This document shows positions 7,128 through 10,129 of a stretch of 10,129 bases of DNA, piece after piece. The position numbers were made by a program, and so were the translations under genes. Numbering within the stretch: position 1 is the first letter of the stretch; each line of letters begins with the position of its first letter. This stretch comes from an uncultured archaeon (GTDB lineage: Archaea; Asgardarchaeota; Lokiarchaeia; Sigyniarchaeales; SOKP01), in assembly GCA_964525635.1 (NCBI GenBank), contig CAZGJX010000127.1:1-10129 (forward strand). Reading direction: 5' to 3'. The notes under the pieces are model-generated. The model ran no database searches. It was not told the origin of the DNA and saw nothing but the letters and a program-made list of their open reading frames with translations.

Positions 7128-8030
7128 TCAGATATTAAATACTATACCTGTGAGATTTTCAGATATTTCCCATAATTTTTTAGCATCTTCTTTATTATGG
7201 GATTTTTTATTAGATTTAACTTTTTTAGGATATCCACTTAATTCCAGCAATCCATCGGGACCATAATATGAACCTCCCTTGGCTTCAGAAGCTGTAGCAG
7301 CATACAACATTGGTAATGCTCCCATTTCAGGTTTTTGAGCAAGGAAATTATTAAAAAATCTGAAGAATGCTGTATGTCTCTGAAGTTCTGTTTTTGTCCA
7401 ACCAGGATGTGAAGCTAAACTAATAGTATTACTTCCTTTTTCTTCAAGTCGTCTCTGTAACTCATAAGTAAAAAGTAAATTAGCTAATTTACTTCTTCCA
7501 TAAGCTCTTATTTTACCGTATGATTTCTCCCAATTTAAATTATCAAAATCAATTTTTCCAAATATATGTACAAAACTACCCATAGTTATAATACGAGAAT
7601 TCTCTGTTTTCATCAAAATTTCGATTAATAACCCAGTTAAAGCAAAATGACCAAAATGATTTGTTCCTAATTGTAATTCAAATCCATCTACCGTTTTTTG
7701 ATATGGTGTCATCATAACTCCAGCATTATTGCATAAAATATCTAAAGATTGATGTTTTTTAGAAAGATTCTTGACAAAATCCTTAATTGAAGCTAGGTCG
7801 GATAGATCAAGTTTTATAATTTCAAGAGATACATTACCTTCTTCAGAGATAATATTATTAAGAGCATTCTTAGCTTTTTCCATGTTTCTACAACCCATAA
7901 CCACATGAGCTCCCTTCCTTGCTAAAATCTTAGTGACTTCATATCCAATTCCTGTGTTAGCACCAGTTACTATCACAATTTTTCCTGTTTGATCAGGAAT
8001 ATCATCAGTAGTCCATTTATTTTTTGACAT
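7128..8030 (-). CDS. Short-chain dehydrogenase/reductase (retinol dehydrogenase / WWOX / protochlorophyllide reductase-like)
   Basis: 300 aa. TGANTGIG, LDLSDL, NNAGVM, GTNHFGHF, catalytic YGRSK, HPG. Confidence 0.95.
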   Translation of the reverse strand: MSKNKWTTDDIPDQTGKIVIVTGANTGIGYEVTKILARKGAHVVMGCRNMEKAKNALNNIISEEGNVSLEIIKLDLSDLASIKDFVKNLSKKHQSLDILCNNAGVMMTPYQKTVDGFELQLGTNHFGHFALTGLLIEILMKTENSRIITMGSFVHIFGKIDFDNLNWEKSYGKIRAYGRSKLANLLFTYELQRRLEEKGSNTISLASHPGWTKTELQRHTAFFRFFNNFLAQKPEMGALPMLYAATASEAKGGSYYGPDGLLELSGYPKKVKSNKKSHNKEDAKKLWEISENLTGIVFNI

Positions 8031-8421
8031 TTTCTTCTTCTTATTGATAAATCTTAATCAGATAAATGCTTATTTCTTTTTATTTTAAATTTTTCTTCCG
8101 TATATTAAAAAAAGATCAGACCATCAAAATTGATCAGATCTATCCATAAAATTTACCAATTAATTATAATAATGATGAATAAGGTAAAATAATAATTTTC
8201 TAATCTTAAAAAGAAAGAGATATTTTGAAAATTTGGTAAAAAATGTTAATTATTTTATCTTGAAAGTTAAAATTTTTTTTCAATTTTATTTTTAGTTTCT
8301 ATTCAGATAATAAAATAAATTTTAATTCTATATTTTCATTAATGATTGGACTACTGTTAAATTAAATATTGCTTTTTATTTGATTAATTAAATATTAACA
8401 ATCCAAATTAAAAGATATAAA

Positions 8422-9966
8422 ATGAATAATTCATGTTCAAAATATCAAATAAGTCAAGCTTTAAACCTAAATCAAGAGTATTCCTTTAAAAATGCAATTC
8501 CTTTAAAGAGAAAAACATATAAAATAAAAATGCAATTAAAACTCTGGGACTTACTAAATAAACTCCCACTTCATTCATTTTTACGTAAATTTAATAAAAT
8601 ATGTTCATTTTGTAGACGAAATTATGCTGAAATTATAATAGATTATTATGTTTCCAAGAAATTAAAATGCAAGAAATGTAAAAAGTCTGCTAAAATAAAT
8701 TCTTATTTAGTTTCATTCATTCTTCAAATTATTTCTAAGGGATTAAAAATGCCAAAAGATTCTTTCAGAAATATTTTAAGACAGAATGAACAATTAAAAA
8801 GGTTGATATTAAATTATATGGAGGGACTTGCAACATATGGATTAAAGATACCGCAAATCCCTGGAGGCCCAATTGTTACTTTATGGTCTATTACAGATAA
8901 ATGTAATTTAAATTGCAAACATTGTTTTGTTTCTCAAAATCAAATTAAGGAAGAAATAAGTTATATTGAAGCATGTAAAATAATTGACCAATTATATGAA
9001 GCTAAAAATTTCCTATTAGGATTTTCTGGTGGAGAAGCCTTATTAAAAAAAGATATTTTCAAGATTATGAAATATGCTTCGGATAAGGGTATGAATATTG
9101 CTCTAGCTTCTAATGGTACATTGATTACTAAAGAAGTAGCAATGAAAATTAAGGAAGCAGGGGTACAATATATTCAAATTAGTATAGATGGCTTGGAAGA
9201 AATACATGATATAATTAGGGGTAAGGGAATGTTCAAGAAGGCTATAAATGGCATTAAAAATTGTATAGAAATAGGATTATATGTTAGTATGGATGTTGTA
9301 GCAACTAGATTAAATGTATCTCAAATCAATGATTTAATAAAGTTAGCAAAATCTCTTCGTGTTCAAAAATTTGAAATTCTTGATTTTATCCCTTCAGGAA
9401 AAGCTACAAAAAATGCGGATCTAGCATTGACTCCTTTAGAGATTGAACAACTGGGATTAAGATTATGTAATACATGGAAAAATCTAATCGATGCTGATTA
9501 TCCTTTTTCTTTATCGTATAAAAATCCTTATTTTGCACGAATCGTTGCTGAGAATTATCCAAATATACAACTCATGCCCTTCTTTAAGGGTTTATTTCCT
9601 AAGGATGCTTTAAAATTCTTTAATTTCTCAAATCGTCTTGTTAAGGGGATTCATCACAACGAATCACCTTTCGCTCCATTTATGACTGGTTGCGAACCAG
9701 GATTTTATGTAATTCATATAGATCCCAAAGGAGATGTCAATCCATGTCCATTAAATCCCATTTATCTAGGAAATCTTAAAAAACAGCATATTAAAGAAAT
9801 ATGGCATAATTCTTCTGTTTTAAATACTTATAGAAGACTAAAGTTCAATAAAAATTGTGGAAAATGTATCTATAAAATCATTTGTGGAGGATGTCGCGCT
9901 AAAGCATATCTTAAAACTAACACTCATTCAAGTGCGGATCCCTCTTGTATTCTAAATTGTAAGTAA
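8422..9966 (+). CDS. Radical SAM / SPASM domain protein with N-terminal CxxC-x18-CxxC motif
   Basis: 514 aa. CNLNCKHC (C161/165/168), SGGE, SNG, ISIDG. SPASM: C...GDVNPC...LGN...W...CGKC-x5-CGGCRAKA...DPSC. N-terminal C61/C64/C83/C86. Alternative start at ATG 8530. Confidence 0.93.
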   Translation: MNNSCSKYQISQALNLNQEYSFKNAIPLKRKTYKIKMQLKLWDLLNKLPLHSFLRKFNKICSFCRRNYAEIIIDYYVSKKLKCKKCKKSAKINSYLVSFILQIISKGLKMPKDSFRNILRQNEQLKRLILNYMEGLATYGLKIPQIPGGPIVTLWSITDKCNLNCKHCFVSQNQIKEEISYIEACKIIDQLYEAKNFLLGFSGGEALLKKDIFKIMKYASDKGMNIALASNGTLITKEVAMKIKEAGVQYIQISIDGLEEIHDIIRGKGMFKKAINGIKNCIEIGLYVSMDVVATRLNVSQINDLIKLAKSLRVQKFEILDFIPSGKATKNADLALTPLEIEQLGLRLCNTWKNLIDADYPFSLSYKNPYFARIVAENYPNIQLMPFFKGLFPKDALKFFNFSNRLVKGIHHNESPFAPFMTGCEPGFYVIHIDPKGDVNPCPLNPIYLGNLKKQHIKEIWHNSSVLNTYRRLKFNKNCGKCIYKIICGGCRAKAYLKTNTHSSADPSCILNCK

Positions 9967-10090
9967 AATACCATCCCTTAAAAGGGAAGGCTTCAATCAT
10001 TCAATCAAGGCTTTGCGCGCTTGACGTCATTCGATTGTTTGGGGCATTCACCAATCCCCCATCCCAGCGAACTCACCATCCGATGGGCTA
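9943..10090 (-). ncRNA. Putative TnpB omega-RNA (reRNA): scaffold plus flanking guide
   Basis: Hairpins overlapping the tnpB 3' end: 10040-10061; nested stem 9994-10037 (CAATC/GATTG, GTCAAG/CTTGAT); terminal hairpin 9971-9990. The guide would be the ~15-20 nt beyond 9963. Boundaries are inferred. Confidence 0.6.
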
Positions 10091-10129
10091 TACTAACACT
10101 TGCATCCAGGTCTCTATCATAGTCTAACC
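9963..10129 (-). mobile_element. Right-hand part of an IS200/IS605- or IS607-type (tnpB) element, truncated by the window edge
   Basis: GC jumps to about 46% (78/169 over 9961-10129). Contains a TnpB-like C-terminus. The minus strand ends GAAGCC-TTCCCTTTTAAGGGATGG-TATTTTAC, resembling the GAAGCC-hairpin-TAGTTCAC type of tnpB right end. Confidence 0.8.
10005..10127 (-). CDS. tnpB: C-terminal 40 aa of an RNA-guided endonuclease TnpB family protein (partial; possibly degenerate)
   Basis: Manual translation: LDYDRDLDASVSIAHRMVSSLGWGIGECPKQSNDVKRAKP*. DRDLDASVSI matches the RuvC-III DRDxNAxxNI motif that follows the zinc finger. Absent from the ORF track because the start is outside the window. 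Confidence 0.78.
   Translation of the reverse strand, partial: LDYDRDLDASVSIAHRMVSSLGWGIGECPKQSNDVKRAKP

Noticed and set aside
1314-7130. Selenocysteine read-through at the TGA stops of the V4R-like, CDF and SDR genes
   Set aside because: Each is followed by an in-frame TAA within 4-5 codons, the proteins look complete, and no convincing SECIS was seen.
9971-9990. Hairpin as a simple intrinsic terminator of the radical SAM gene
   Set aside because: No U-tract follows on the + strand; its context fits a tnpB element right end better.

Overview
Very AT-rich archaeal chromosomal segment. An archaeal-type SRP RNA, TTG starts and the gene mix suggest Asgard/Lokiarchaeia-like origin, but this is inference. 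In order: a 3-methyladenine DNA glycosylase; a Cys-containing V4R/MetOD1-like small protein; an SRP (7S) RNA at about 1444-1746 that the ORF track cannot show; an AT-rich stretch with two small minus-strand ORFs and several inverted repeats; two tandem Ldh_2-family (ComC/AllD-like) dehydrogenase paralogues; a CDF transporter with three C-terminal domains; an SDR oxidoreductase; and a radical SAM/SPASM enzyme with an N-terminal CxxC..CxxC motif. The window ends in the 3' end of a minus-strand tnpB-like gene with its omega-RNA/right end. That right end appears to supply the radical SAM stop codon, so its guide would be read from the radical SAM 3' end. The best leads are the TnpB/omega-RNA junction, the atypical SRP Alu domain and the possible lipid-modifying radical SAM enzyme.
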